Part shown: positions 12,188 to 25,410 of the stretch, piece by piece | Layout of the letters: each line of letters starts with the position of its first letter | Numbering within the stretch: position 1 is the first letter of the stretch | From: Lingula anatina | Lineage: Eukaryota; Animalia; Brachiopoda | Length of the DNA: 64,000 nt | NCBI GenBank assembly: GCA_051362555.1 | Contig: CM120640.1 | Coordinates: 22,492,225-22,556,224 of the forward strand | Direction: 5' to 3' | The notes under the pieces: model-generated | Told to the model about the DNA's origin: nothing | Seen by the model: only the letters and a program-made list of their open reading frames with translations | Databases searched by the model: none | Position numbers and translations under genes: made by a program

Positions 12188-13731
12188 TTAGATTTTGCTT
12201 GTATGAAACACACTTTTTTATTTCGATAAAAATCGACTGCGCATGGAGCATAATGATATAAAGCTCTCGATGAGGATTGTGCATGAAACGTCAAGTCATT
12301 TTTCTTTTCCTTATTAGTGCTGGGCACCCAGGTGTTGAATCTTTTAATCGATGTGCATCTCCTACTATTGTAAAGGCATGATTTCAGGTTGTTCGGGAGC
12401 GATGACGATTGTGTTCAAAATAGGTTGTTTGCAGCATAAGGCCCTCTGGGCCTTTCTTACTAGAGTGATCTAGAACAAGTCGCTAGTTTACACTGTTTGT
12501 AACTGTAGCAAAATATGTTCCACTTGACGTTTCTGCACGACAGCCGGAGACACAGTGATTGTATAGGCATGGTTTAAGCTTGTTCGAGAGATAATAACAG
12601 TTGCGGTTAACAATAGATAGTAAGACCCCATTCTCTTTATCTGATGTCTTACACTGTTAGTTGACCGTACTTTCATATATTATGTGATACACTGTCAGAC
12701 TTTCCCCTATTGCACGTTGGCGTTGGATTGTACTTGTGCCTCTGTCAATGCACTTCATTTAGTTTAAATAGTTTTTACCGCATAAACCTTTGTGTTTTAG
12801 GGTTATTAGTAGAAGTAGTAGGAATAGAATGCTTGGACAAAAAACTTCTAGTCAAATCTCCTAGACCTAGGGTGTGATGCTGCTATCATCCGAGGAAACA
12901 CCTACACTGAATCCTCTACCTGAAGTCCCCCGAGCTGAAACGAAAACAGCCCCTTGAACCTGTCCATTTTTTAAAGCGTCAAATCATTTTTGATATCATT
13001 GAGCGTCTTTAAACGAAAGCTTTCAAGTGACAAAAACAGAACCGTGTGGTGGTTATTTATTAAAGCGTAGGTTTATTCATCATGATCTATTTTGTAAACA
13101 ATACTTGCCTAGATTGTACTTGGATTGATCATCGTCACTGTCTGGCTACTCGCCTATAATGCATGCTGAACGACAGACAACTTATAAACATTGTAAATGT
13201 TTAAATGACCACATTAAGTTAAAATATAACAATGTCGGTGATTTGATCCATCCAACATATTTAATTTATATTTAATTTATATACAAAATTTATATTTGTT
13301 CTTTTAAAACCAGTGTCAGGTTAACACCAAGTCAAAGCAAGCCTTGCAGACTGATTTTGTTTAAATTGTCATAAAGCTAATTAAAGCCTGTTTCTAGTTC
13401 ATCTAAGCTATGAAACTGCATGAAGGATAACAAGACTCTGTAGCCAATTAACTTTCACAATGCCCTGTGCTTTAGGTATCCAACAGTCCCGCGTAACACA
13501 ATGAAATGAGTTTGGCCTGAGAGAAATATAAATATGAGGCCGTGTATGAAAGGTTTTTCAAATAAAAAAACAAGAATTTTAACATGTTAGGTACATGCAC
13601 ATCACTTAATAAGTCATTTCACAAAAATCGCATCTAATTTTTCAGATTAACCTCCACTTTTATCGACCTTAACGCCATGTCTGATGTTTACATGTAGGCG
13701 AAGGAGGTATACTCCAATATTAATAGCGAAC

Positions 13732-13766
13732 AATAGAATAGAATAGAATAGAATAGAATAGAATAG
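13732..13766. repeat. (AATAG)n microsatellite = LINE 3' tail
   Basis: 7 tandem AATAG units just beyond the LINE 3' end. Confidence 0.85.
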
Positions 13767-13932
13767 TTTCTCATTTACTGTACATTTACAGTTTAGAGAG
13801 CATATATATATATATATACATCAACCTGAAGGCTTGACCCCCTTATTCACAATACTAATGAATTTGTACAAATTATTCAGTTTTTTCTTATTTTTCGTTG
13901 AAAATATTTCATACATTTTAATTACATTCGGT

Positions 13933-15012
13933 CTAATACATGCTTTTTTTTGGAATATATAAGTTTCGACTTTCTGCAAAAAAGGTAGATCTAAAGACAT
14001 AATGAAATTCATCCCCTATTTCATTTTTACACAAGTTGCATAATCTCAAATTTCTAGGTATTTTTTTCCATCTGCCCGTTTCAATTGGTAATCTATGATT
14101 TGTTGTTCTGAATCTAGCTATTGTAATTATTTTGTGTGTACATAAAGTAGAAAGTATATAATTCCTGCATTTAAACTCTGAGTTTGTGAAAATACTATAG
14201 CTTAACCCTTTACTAGAGTTGTTACAATCTGAATTCCATTCTTGTATATACTGATCCTGCAATTTCTGTTTAACACAATTTATAAGCCATTCCTTGTTAC
14301 AGACATCCTGTGTGCTAAATATATTACTTAAACCACAGTTATCCAGAATGGATTTCAGATTTCCCATCCACTTACATTCACATCCCTGCATAAATTTGTT
14401 ATAAACGAGTTTATACAATATATATGAAAATTTACTTTGTTTACCTGTGAGCAAGTTTGTCCAGAATGATACAATTCTTCCTTTTATAATAATACTTAAT
14501 GGCATTCTACCTAATTCCCCATATATCATTATCTTGGAAGTGCTGGTTTTTAGATTTAATAGATATCTACAAAATTTCAAGTGCACCTGTTCTATGATTT
14601 CTAAATTACCAAATCCCCATACTTCACATCCATATAATAAAATCGGAACAATAATCTTATCAAAGAGATATAGCTGATCAACAATGCTTAGATTTAGATG
14701 CCTTGCTTTCTTAAATATCCCATACATAGCTTTAGTTGCTTTCTTTGCTGAATACCTTTTTGTTTCTGAAAATGATCCCGTTTTAGAGAAATAAACTCCT
14801 AAGTACTTGAAACAATTAACTATTTCTACATTTTGGTTATTAAAAGTAAATTTTATATTCTTTTGGGTGCGGCCCTTAGAAACTATCATGATTTTTGTCT
14901 TTTCTACATTTACTTCTAACTTCCATATCTGACAGTAGGTGGAGTAGCAATTAAGTTGATGTTGTAGGTTTTCTTTTGAATCTGCTAGGAGAACTGTATC
15001 ATCTGCATATAG
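13933..15012 (-). pseudogene. LINE ORF2 C-terminal part (RT YADD to C-terminal Cys/His region)
   Basis: LYADDTVLL, FKYLGV, LLYGCEVWG, HRLPIETGRW...CNLC...DEFHY. Confidence 0.9.
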
Positions 15013-16068
15013 TACAGCTAGGCTTTTTAATCTGTTCTCACTACCGTGATCGTGTCTACGGACACAGTTACTCTTCACCGTGACCAAGCCTACCGCCCAC
15101 TTTTTGAACAATGGAAGTAGGAGGATCGTTTAACAATGGATATTTAGCCAGTCGCGTGGCAGGAGAGCGTGTCCCGATCTCTCAACCTGGCAGGGGGCGA
15201 CCGTCTTATTCAGGAAGCGTGTGCATTTAGGCGTGATGTCATTAATAGCTGCTAATTGCTGTACTTCAAAAATCAAAGCATCTACTTACTGTACTTCGTC
15301 AGTTAAACGGGAATATATAAAGCGGGTTTAGCAGAAAATACAATTAACAGCATATTCACTTAAATAAACAAGTGTAAACACAAACCAACGCTCAATTTGA
15401 AGAGAATAAATAAAAAATGATAGTACACTGTATGACCGTTTTGATTTGTTTGGATGTAAGCTAATGGTATGGAAATGGCGTGAGTAATAAACAGAACAGG
15501 AAGAAGCAGAAAAACTTACGTTTCAATGCTATTTCGGCGAAAGGCTTTTTATATGTTGATTTACTTGTAGGACTGGTTTAGTGAGAAATAAAAAAAAAAC
15601 AAAGAATACATAGAAAATAATCAATTTATCCATTTTATTCTGTACATAGACTGAGGTAGTACTTTATGAAGGTGGTTACACCATAAACTGTTATTTAATA
15701 AATGTTCGTATTACCTAGTCACTGTAATTTATTTTTGTTTTGATTAAAGGGATTATAACATTTTACTGCCATATGCCATTATCGATAGTAGTGAATTCTT
15801 CCTTACACTGCACTAAACACTTAAAACTCATCTTAGCCTCTGGGAACGAGTAATTAATGCTGTATACGACCAAAAAGGATTACAAAACTGTCTAATTTTA
15901 AATTACAATGGAAGTATAATCACCTAAGTGAATATAACAATTTAAACAAACATCAAAAGAGTAACTTTGAGCGAAAAAATGTTTTGGCATTTAGTAGGAT
16001 GGTGGTAGAAAGTAGCTAGTGACCCCAGGAAAATTAATTTTGGTGAAAATTTAAGAGTTATCGTTGTA

Positions 16069-16347
16069 TTAATTGTTGTGATGTTTCCGCCTCAAATTCC
16101 TATTGGCCGTATTCATGGCAGTTGTGCATTTTGACCAAAATCCTGGTAATCTCGCCTCGTCAGGATAGAATTTTTTAACAGAGCGCTCTATGTACAACAT
16201 TCTCTCTTTGCACATGGGCTCCTTCACCATATCTGCTCTCCTGCACCCCAGTATGTTGCGCGTCGGATCAATCCTCTCCTCAGCTGAGAAAATCGTAGAC
16301 ATCAGTTTTACACAGAAGTTTGTGCAACTGCTTGCTGTTGTTTTCAT
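16069..16347 (-). CDS. BEN-domain-like ORF/exon carried by the DNA transposon
   Basis: NFCVKLMSTIFSAEER...RNILG...KEPM...FYP...WSKCTTAMNTANRNLRRK fits the BEN helical pattern (recognised by eye). Confidence 0.65.
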   Translation of the reverse strand: MKTTASSCTNFCVKLMSTIFSAEERIDPTRNILGCRRADMVKEPMCKERMLYIERSVKKFYPDEARLPGFWSKCTTAMNTANRNLRRKHHNN

Positions 16348-16525
16348 GTTTAATAGTTTTCTGTCTGATAGCTGGTATGTTTGCGGTACTGGTGGTTGAT
16401 ATTAAAAAATTTACTAGGAAAAGCATCGCCACTACAGAGATTAGGAAGTAAACTCTTCATGACACTAAGATGGGTGCAAATGTGTACCCTCTCCAGCACT
16501 GTTAAAGGTCCACAAACAAATATAC

Positions 16526-18127
16526 ACACATTTGTCAAGACGACAAGATAGATTTCACTACGATGTATCAAGTGTAATAATTGTTACATATATATTCTAA
16601 ATGTTGCTTACTTATAATTGCATTAAGAAAAAATCAGTATATCAATTAATTTAGTTTAAATAAAATCATCTGCAACAGAGGCTAAAAGCTGTGCACCTGG
16701 GACTAAGGGACTGCCTGAGCTCAAACATATTGAAGACAAAGACAACTTCCTTTCTTTTCCGAGAGAACAATAACGGGGGGCGAAAGGAGCAATTACAACG
16801 TGCAAACGTGCATCAGATAAGAAGCCCTACAATGTAGTTGCGATTTTATCTGCAATGGTGGTCACAAACTCGTCTCATCCTTCAATGCGATGGAGTTTGA
16901 TACACCACACATGTAAACATACATATTTAAGAAAAAATCGAAAAACATTTGTACAACTGGTCTGTGGGACAGTCATTTACTTGTATTGAAACTTAAAAAG
17001 CATCAAAAAGGGACTCACTTGTACAGTTGATATTTGAAGAATGACGCCGAAATATTTTCCTGTTCCTGCAGCGTACATTAACTGTACTTGTGTATACATG
17101 TAATTACGTACGTATTTATTCTCCTATCGAAACATATCGCGCACAATTCTCTCGACAACTATCATCTTTATATGAGGAATGTTGAGGACATTTTGAAAAA
17201 CAGGCAGTCTCAAAACAATTTTATCACTATTCTAAATATTTAAATACAAATGCATTTATAAGGGCAACTACTGTATATCATTTTGCTTGCTTATAGCCCG
17301 CATTTCTGAAGAAATGCAGTAAGTCACACTTTACAAAGGTTGAAATGGTGTCGCCGACATAAAACAACCACACTTGGCAATCAATGTTATGCTGGAGTTT
17401 TGTTAAGTGATGTCAGGCATAGACCTGAAAAGGTTAATTTGATCTACATTAGTGCGTTAAACATTGAAACGAGGTAATTTCTGGTCGTGCGTCTCCGTCG
17501 ATAATTAATATACCGGTATGATAGAAGAAAGAGTCTTGACAATTTCCCTTAAAAGTTATCTCTTCATTGTGTCGAGACGGGAGATTTGCATTTACTAAAG
17601 CCCCCTTTACACTGAACGGCGTCCTCTCTGCGTCCAGCAGTCCGGCCCCATTTGAGAGTTTAAAAATTGTAATGCTTTACGTGCCGACAACTGGCCGATC
17701 ATTGAGCATTCATTCTGATACAAAATCAATGCTTTTGCCTCCTTATTAAGACCACAGCGATTCCAAATTTCATGGTCGCAGAGAGGACGCAGAAAGGACG
17801 CCGTCCAGTGTAAAGGGGGTATAAGCAACGTTCGTACATAAACGTTTATCTAAACACATCTGTCAGGACGTCAAGATAGATTTCACTTAGATGTTTCAAG
17901 TATAATTTCATATTTACTCCAAATGTGGCCTAATTAAAAGTCCCTAAAGAAAAAGCAGCATATCAATTAATTTATTTTAAGTTAAATCATCTGCAACAGA
18001 AGCTAAAAGCTGAACACCTCGGACTAAGGGACTGCCTTTATTGAACTTAACTCAAACAACTTCCTTTCTTTTCATACAGAACAATAAAGGAGGTGAAAGC
18101 GGCAATTGCAGTGTATATACGTGCATT
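16526..18127. repeat. Diverged ~290-bp direct repeat pair (16526-16815 and 17854-18127) inside the transposon
   Basis: Shared CAAGATAGATTTCACT, ATCATCTGCAACAGA-GCTAAAAGCTG and GGACTAAGGGACTGCC blocks. Confidence 0.8.
17599..17821. mobile_element. Harbinger/Tourist-like MITE
   Basis: TAA|AGCCCCCTTTACACTG...CAGTGTAAAGGGGGTA|TAA. Confidence 0.8.
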
Positions 18128-19182
18128 GTACAGTGTACATCAATTAAGGGGTCCGGTTGGTGTAAAGGGTGTAATTATATATATGTACTTCAATGAGGTC
18201 TTGGTGCGATTTTATGTACTATTAAAACAACCTTATATTAATGTCACTGGGTCCAGCAACAAGAAATTTAATTCACATCTTTCCTATTGATGTTAAATGT
18301 AACAATCAGGGCTGAAGAGGTGAAATGGTTAAATAAATATGGGGCGGGGGGGGGGGGGGTATACTTTTTCGAGAGAGCCAGGGCTCAACTTTGGTTACAA
18401 ATATAAACCATATAAACAAAGTTATTCCGGAGGTGTTGAAAAGGGAAAGCCGTGCATCCGGATAATAGATGAATGATTATCAGGAGAATGCACTTTTTCA
18501 ATTAAATGACTGTTCGTAAGAGCCATTTTATTAATTTGCCATTTTTAAAATTTATTTTTTATAAAATTGTTGTAGTTTACTGTATGGACGTTCCGTGTTA
18601 ATTGTGAATAAACCGACTATTCATTGACTGCAATAATTTGTTTCATTATATATAGGTCACATTCCACTTCATTGAAAAAGACAATCACCGCATAATTCTG
18701 CCATATTTATACTTCACTTTTTCAATTGGCTTGAGCATGTTATCGTGACTCTTATCGTTTCACCTAAGTAAGCCAAAATTAAGATGAAAGGGAAACATCG
18801 GTAAATTAATTATAGGCCTATTTCATTCAATTACAAAATTCTATTTTTGAAAATGTCTACGAAGTTTGGAATTCGGTTAATAAACAGAAATATCGTCAGT
18901 GCTTGAACCATGGTTAAACCCAACATTTAGTCTTCCATGTCTTAACAAAGGGCACGTGCCGTTCTACACCAGAACAATGCTTGGAACTAGCGGGGCGTAT
19001 GATTGCACAGGCTGTTTGACGGGACACGATGTAGACAGCGGGGAGTCCGAGATGGTTACGATTGATAACTTAACAGCTTAAACTGTCGCTATTTGCCCTG
19101 TTATTATCCACGCGGGGGTTATCAGGAGTCACGGTCGCACTGACCGTAACCTACTGTGAACGGTCTTATTGGCCTAGCTGTA

Positions 19183-20091
19183 TGATCATTATTTGCATTA
19201 ATATGTGTAGTTCATGTTCTAGTTCATCTGTTACATGTGATAAGCCTGTGACATCTTTTTGCATTAGAAATTCTTCAAGATCATTTAGAAATACTGAGAA
19301 TAAGAAGGGTGATAGGTTTTCGCCCTGTCGTACTCCTGTTTTGCATGGGAAATAATCCGATAATATACCATTTAAAGATTCTAGATTTACAGCCATTATA
19401 CATGTTTACAATAACGTTCAGACATTTTCCATTTACATTGTGGTTCATTAGCTTCCCCCATAACCCTGCCCTCCATATTTTATCAAAAGCTGCTTTTAGA
19501 TCTATGAAAGCACAATATAATTTCTTTTTTGATGCAACTGAAAGGTCTATAAGTGTATTTAATGTAAATATGTGATCAATGGTAGAATAGTTGGCTCGGA
19601 AGCCAGCTTGGTTTTCCTGTAACAGCATAAAGTTGTCAGAGTAATCAGTTAGTCTTTTACATAATATAGAAGTGAATACTTAAGCCAGACAACTGAGTAA
19701 AGTAATTGGCCTATAGTTCTTTGGGTCATTTATGTTTCCCTTTTGCTTATAGATTGGGATTATAGTGCCTATTAACCCACTCGGCTCACCGTCGATTGAT
19801 TCCTGCGTCAGTTTCAAGGCGTTCGGAAGATAGCCGGAAATTGTCGAGGAGTTCCGAATGCCTATTAACCATGCTTCTGGTAAAATACCAGTATCTAATA
19901 CCAAATTAAATAATTTTTTATAGATTGGCATCATAGTGCTGGCAGAAGAGATAATATACTCATTCAATATCTTGTCAGCACCAGCACTTTAATTTTTCTT
20001 TAATTTTTTTATTGTGTTTTGGATTTCAGTTTCAGTAATTGGTTCATTAAGCATTTCATTATTTATCTGGTTGTGGTTATAATTCGGTGGG
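19183..20091 (-). pseudogene. LINE ORF2 RT N-terminal part (frameshifted)
   Basis: NYRPITLLSC, QAGFR, FIDLKAAFD, GVRQGENLSPFLF motifs. Confidence 0.9.
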
Positions 20092-23000
20092 TTATTGTAC
20101 CACCAGCGTTAGCGCTGGCGGTACACATGGTTTCGGTCCCGTCCGGATCGTTCCGCCGGCTCCGCCGGCTCCGTTGGCTCCGCCGACTCCGCCGGACGGC
20201 TACCGTTACCGCTTCTCCTCCTAGACGGTAAGGGCCCCCGTACCCATCTCATGGATTTAGGTCACCTATAATCTCAACTCGTTCCATGTAAAATTTGGGC
20301 TTTGTCGGTATTGGGGTCTGGGTGTGGCACTCATTGCAATGCACCCTTGTCTAAAAATGGCAAAATTAAATGCTAATTATCTACCCTACGGAAGGAGTTA
20401 TGGGAAAAATTTCTATAGACGGCTTTCCAAAAGTCATATGTGTAGATTTCAAATATACCCTTGGATTTGACCTTTGACCTCTACTTCAAGGTCAAATGGG
20501 CCAAAATTTTCAAAAAAATGAAATTTTTTACGAAAAAAAATTTTTTTGCCCTGTTATTCAGACACCACACAGACCACACAGTGTTACCCTTCAGGTCATC
20601 TTTCATTTCCATGAATTTGGGGTCAATCGGTGCATTTTCACGGGAGTAGCGGCCATAAGATACCGAAACTGAAAACTGTCTCTAATTCGGGAACCGTTAA
20701 TGCTAGAGACCCATTCTTTTTTGCATTTTGTAGAGCATGTAAAGCCCAACACTGGAGGTGGTCTCGGTTTTTTTGTATTCCATACGGTTTTCGAGTTACG
20801 CTGTATCAAAAAGTACATATTGGTGGTAAAAGCAAAATGTGCAGTACGGTAATGGATAATAAATTTTGAACTCTGGAAAAATAAAACAAAAGGCTTGGCA
20901 AAACAGACAACTTGTGTTCAAAAATGACATTATTTCATCAAATTTGAACTTCTGAAACTTCAGAGCACCTCCTATTTCAAGAATTTTGACCAAAATGACA
21001 TTTTCTTTATTTTAATTAATTTTTTCTGTACGAAATTTAAGGCACATTATGGTAACTCCAAAATTATAACATCTAGTTCCTTATATCTCCAAAACTGGCA
21101 GAGATAGGTCCATAGTTACTATTGAAGTTGAATAGGAAGTCATATACTGGCAATCTTACTATGACCTTGAAATTGACCTTTGACCTACTTTTCACCATGA
21201 ACTGAACTTTGCAAATTTTTCTTCCCTTTTATCTCCAAAACTGGCAGAGATAGGTCCATAGTTACTATTGAACTTGAATAGGAAGTCACATACTGGCAAT
21301 CTAAATGTGACCTTTAAATTGACCTTTGACCTACTTTACACCATGAACTGAATTTTGCAAATTTTGCTTTCCTTTTATCTCCAAAACTGGCAGAGATAGG
21401 TCCGTAGTTACTATTGAACTTGAATAGGAAGTCATATACTGGCAATCTATATGTGACCTTAAAATTGACCTTTGACCTACTTTTCACCATAAACTGAACT
21501 TTGCAAATTTTTCTTCCCTTTTATCTCCAAAACTGGCAGAGATAGGTCCGTAGTTACTATTGAAGTTGAATAGGAAGTCATATACTGGCAATCTAAATGT
21601 GACCTTAAAATTGACCTTTGACCTACTTTATACCATGAACTGAATTTTGCAAATTTTGCTTTCCTTTTATCTCCAAAACTGGCTGAGATAGGTCCGTAGT
21701 TACTATTGAAGTTGAATAGGAAGTCATATACTGGCAATCTAAATGTGACCTTAAAATTGACCTTTGACCTACTTTTCACCATAAACTGAACTTTGCAAAT
21801 TTTGCTTCCCTTTTATCTCCAAAACTGGCAGAGATAGGTCCATAGTTACTATTGAACTTGAATAGGAAGTCATATACTGGCAATCTAAATGTGACCTTGA
21901 AATTGACCTTTGACCTACTTTTCACCATGAACTGAACTTTGCAAACTTTTCTTCCCTTTTATCTCCAAAACTGGCTGAGATAGGTCCATAGTTACTATTG
22001 AACTTGAAAAGGAAGTCATATACTGGCAATCTAAATGTGACCTTAAAATTGACCTTTGACCTACTTTACACCATGAACTGAATTTTGCAAATTTTGCTTC
22101 CCTTTTATCTCCAAAACTGGCAGAGATAGGTCCATAGTTGCTATTGAACTTGAATAGGAAGTCATATACTGGCAATCTAAATGTGACCTTGAAATTGACC
22201 TTTGACCTACTTTTCACCATGAACTGAACTTTGCAAACTTTTCTTCCCTTTTATCTCCAAAACTGGCTGAGATAGGTCCATAGTTACTATTGAACTTGAA
22301 AAGGAAGTCATATACTGGCAATCTAAATGTGACCTTAAAATTGACCTTTGACCTACTTTACACCATGAACTGAATTTTGCAAATTTTGCTTTCCTTTTAT
22401 CTCCAAAACTGGCTGAGATAGGTCCGTAGTTACTATTGAACTTGAATAGGAAGTCATATACTGGCATTATAAATGTGACATTAAAATTGACCTTTGACCT
22501 ACTTTTCACCATAAACTGAACTTTGCAAATTTTGCTTCCCTTTTATCTCCAAAACTGGCAGAGATAGGTCCATAGGTACTATTGAACTTGAATAGAAAGT
22601 CCTATACTGGCAATCTAAATGTGACCTTGAAATTGACCTTTGACCTACTTTTCACCATGAACTGAATTTTGCAAATTTTGCTTCCCTTTTATCTCCAAAA
22701 CTGGCTGAGATAGGTCCATAGTTACTATTGAAGTTGAATAGGAAGTCCTATACTGGCAATCTAAGTGTGACCTTGAAATTGACCTTTGACCTACTTTTTA
22801 TCATGAACTGAACTCTGCTAATTTCTTTCTCTTTTAACTTCAAACTTGACAGAGATAGGTCCATAGTTACTCTTGAACTTGAATAGGAAGTCATATACTG
22901 GCAATTTACTGTGACCTTGAAATTGACCCTTGACCTACCTTACGAAGAACTTAAATTTGATTGTACCATATATATTTTTTGCAATAGTTTAAAAATTCTT

Positions 23001-23144
23001 GTTGATTGTATTTTTACAGCTTGTCAAGCACAAAACTGGCGGCTGTGTCCCTTATTTTGTGTATGTGGGGGTCTATACGAATGCATTTGCTCCAGCTGGT
23101 GGTACAATATTTGGAGGTGGTATCGCCTCTCTGATCCTCTAGTT
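20092..23144 (+). mobile_element. Helentron-associated non-autonomous element (HINE; DINE-1/CvA-like) with central tandem array
   Basis: Inserted at a T run. 5' subTIR TATTGTACCACCAGC with hairpin; (CCGGCTCCG)n microsatellite; 3' subTIR GCTGGTGGTACAATA, stem-loop GAGGTGGTATCGCCTC and CTAGTTT end. Confidence 0.85.
21080..22940. repeat. 146-bp tandem satellite array (~12.7 units)
   Basis: ATCTCCAAAACTGG recurs at 21085, 21231, 21377 ... 22691, period 146. Confidence 0.95.
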
Positions 23145-23900
23145 TCCATCTACACTACTGTTTACTTCCTTGAAATAATTGTAAAACTCGTCTAGGTTTT
23201 TTATTTCCAGTCTTTGTTCAGATTTTTTGTTTAATATTTTCCAATATTCCTTTGGACTTGCATACCTGAGTTTCCTTATTTTGTTCATAATGGTTATTCT
23301 ACGCTTTTTTATTCTATTATCTAGTGTGGTCTTGTAGCACTTTTCTGCTTTTCTAAGTTCACTTTTGAAAATATTTGACCCGTACTTATTGTATAACCTT
23401 TTTGCTCTTCTATATTGTTTTTTAGTTTCTAAACATTTTTTGTCAAACCATACATTATTTTTCCTTTTCTTAAGAATTTCATTTTTGTTACTAATTCTAT
23501 ACTTGTATGTCCCTAGCGTTAATTTAGCTGAGTTAAGCAAAATTTCAGCAATTTTTTCTGTGATAAAGTCTATTTTCTCCTTACAGACATCATTTATGTT
23601 AAGATTATCAATGTATTGCAAAATTTTGTCACTTTCTTGTTTATCAATATTATCACAAAATAGGGTTGATCTGGTGTTGTCCCATGCTTTGATTTTTTCA
23701 ATAAAAAGGTCTGTTGTTTTCTTAACTTTATCTGTTTGTTGAATGTAAAGTTTGGCAAATCAATATTGTCTTGTTCACCAGTTTTTGATTCTGTAAAACA
23801 TATTATATCATATTTTTCAATTAGTTCTCTAAAGTCTGGGTATTGCAATCTCCTGCTTAGCCCACATACATTTAAATAAAAAAGTTTAAGATCCTCTGTT
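23145..23900 (-). pseudogene. LINE ORF2 N-terminus (APE endonuclease start, internally deleted, plus linker)
   Basis: LNVCGL...DIICFTESK, then a jump to the WFDKKC...EYWKILN linker. Confidence 0.8.
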
Positions 23901-24024
23901 ATGTCATAGTCTAGATTAGTACTGTTACTAGTGCTGTTACCTTCTCTTGGGGGTCATTAGGATATAACATATTTATTCTCAGATTATCAAGTTCATATAG
24001 GGTATTGGTGCCTTCATGGTTGTC

Positions 24025-25058
24025 CTATGTTCCATGTACCGATCCCGGTGTGGAGCGTGGGGTTTCCTGGGTTCGTTTCGCCGGTTGTTCAGAGTCGGGC
24101 ACAAATAGCACGTTGTTGCTATACAGTTTATCATAAACCATTACCGCTTTCTTTTGTTGTCTCTTTGCTGACTTATAAAAGGGATAGAGCATCTTTCTTT
24201 TCTCGTTAATTTCACGGGGGTATTGTTCATTTATCCCATATTTATTGTTTTCTATACCTTTGAGTGTCACCGCTCTTCTCTTAATGTTGTCTCTTACTTT
24301 AGAGTTGGCAAATTTAGCTATAATTGGTCGTGGTTTACCTGGTGTCTTTTTCCCCATTCTGTGTACTCTATGGAAAGCTGGCATGTGTTCCACCTTCATT
24401 TTATTTTCCAGAAAATCGACCAGTATGGTTTCTGTGTCTTCCTCGTCTGTTTCATCAATCCCCGTGAAAATAAGGTTATCGCGCATGCTTCGGGCCTGTA
24501 GGTCTACTTGTTTTTCCTTCAGTGTTACGATTTCGTTTTTCAAGTGTGTATAAGGTTATCTTGTACTGCGTCGATAACTTTCGTAGTTTTTGCCTCGTCC
24601 CTTTCAAGCATTTTCATATTTTTCTGCATCTCTTTCAGTTCAATTCGGTTGGTTTCTGATATTGTGTTCAAAGCACTGAGTCCATCTTCAATTTCCCCGA
24701 CCTTATCTTTCATACCTTTCATCTCGTTTTTCATGGTCTCCATCGCATTCTCCATGTAAATCAGCCGGCGGTCTTTTACGTCTAGCTTTTCCAGTCGTGC
24801 ATTTACCTCGTCAACCTTTCTAGTAAGATTTCCAATCAATCCATACAAGTCTCCTGGTTGGGGCACTGGTGAAACATATCCCGGGAATTGTCCCTGTGGA
24901 GAAAACTGCAAAAACCCTTGTGGCTGCGGTGCTTGGCTCATTGTTGAGCTCACACGTGGTATTGGCGTCGAGTGATTCTTTGTCACCTGTATCTTGTTGA
25001 CGCTTTCTCCACTGATATTCTTTTCTTTGTTTTTCCTTTTGTTGTTTTTCTTTACCAT
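24025..25058 (-). pseudogene. LINE ORF1 (coiled coil + L1-ORF1p/Transposase_22-like RRM), one frameshift near 24540
   Basis: DLQARSMRDNLIFTGI, FHRVHRMG, RPIIAKF, INEQYP, DKLY motifs. Confidence 0.85.
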
Positions 25059-25410
25059 GGTATGCGGGCGTAACTATAATTTTCATCATACCTCATGCTA
25101 CTAAGCTGTCTGTGTAGAGTCCTTTCAATAAAGAAGAAAATGTAGAGGACCTCGTTCATGAGCCTCGATCTCCCACGACCGGAACCCCACCTCACAACAG
25201 CGACTCAAGATTGTTGCCCGTCTTTCACACTTTTACACAAACTCATGAAGGGTTAATAAAAGGATTCGCGTCGCGCTATCTATCTCTTTCCTTCGAACAA
25301 ACAAAGGGCTGACCCGAAGTAAGCTTTCAAAACTAATTTCTCTTTGACTGTACAGGGGTATATTGTAATTACTCCACTTGGTCACCTCCATTGTCTTGTA
25401 AAAGTGACAA

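Larger units (their letters stand above)
15015..19180. mobile_element. 4.17-kb DNA transposon derivative with TA TSD and CAGCTAGGC termini, inserted in the LINE RT
   Basis: TA|CAGCTAGGC...GCCTAGCTG|TA; excision restores the LINE frame. No transposase ORF visible. Confidence 0.85.
13732..25190 (-). mobile_element. Non-LTR retrotransposon (ORF1 + APE/RT ORF2; RTE-X/CR1-group-like), fragmented by nested insertions
   Basis: Removing the inserts rejoins ORF2 in frame (MQIMII|LYADD; SVDGN|PPNYNHNQINNEMLNEPITETEI). (CTATT)n tail at 13732-13766. 5' boundary approximate; clade is inference. Confidence 0.88.

Noticed and set aside
21080-22940. CRISPR-like array or repeated 101-aa ORFs
   Set aside because: Units are contiguous 146-bp monomers with no unique spacers; the ORFs are by-products of the satellite.
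13715-25210. Target-site duplication for the large LINE (AATAGCGAAC vs AACAGCGACT)
   Set aside because: Too short and mismatched to support.
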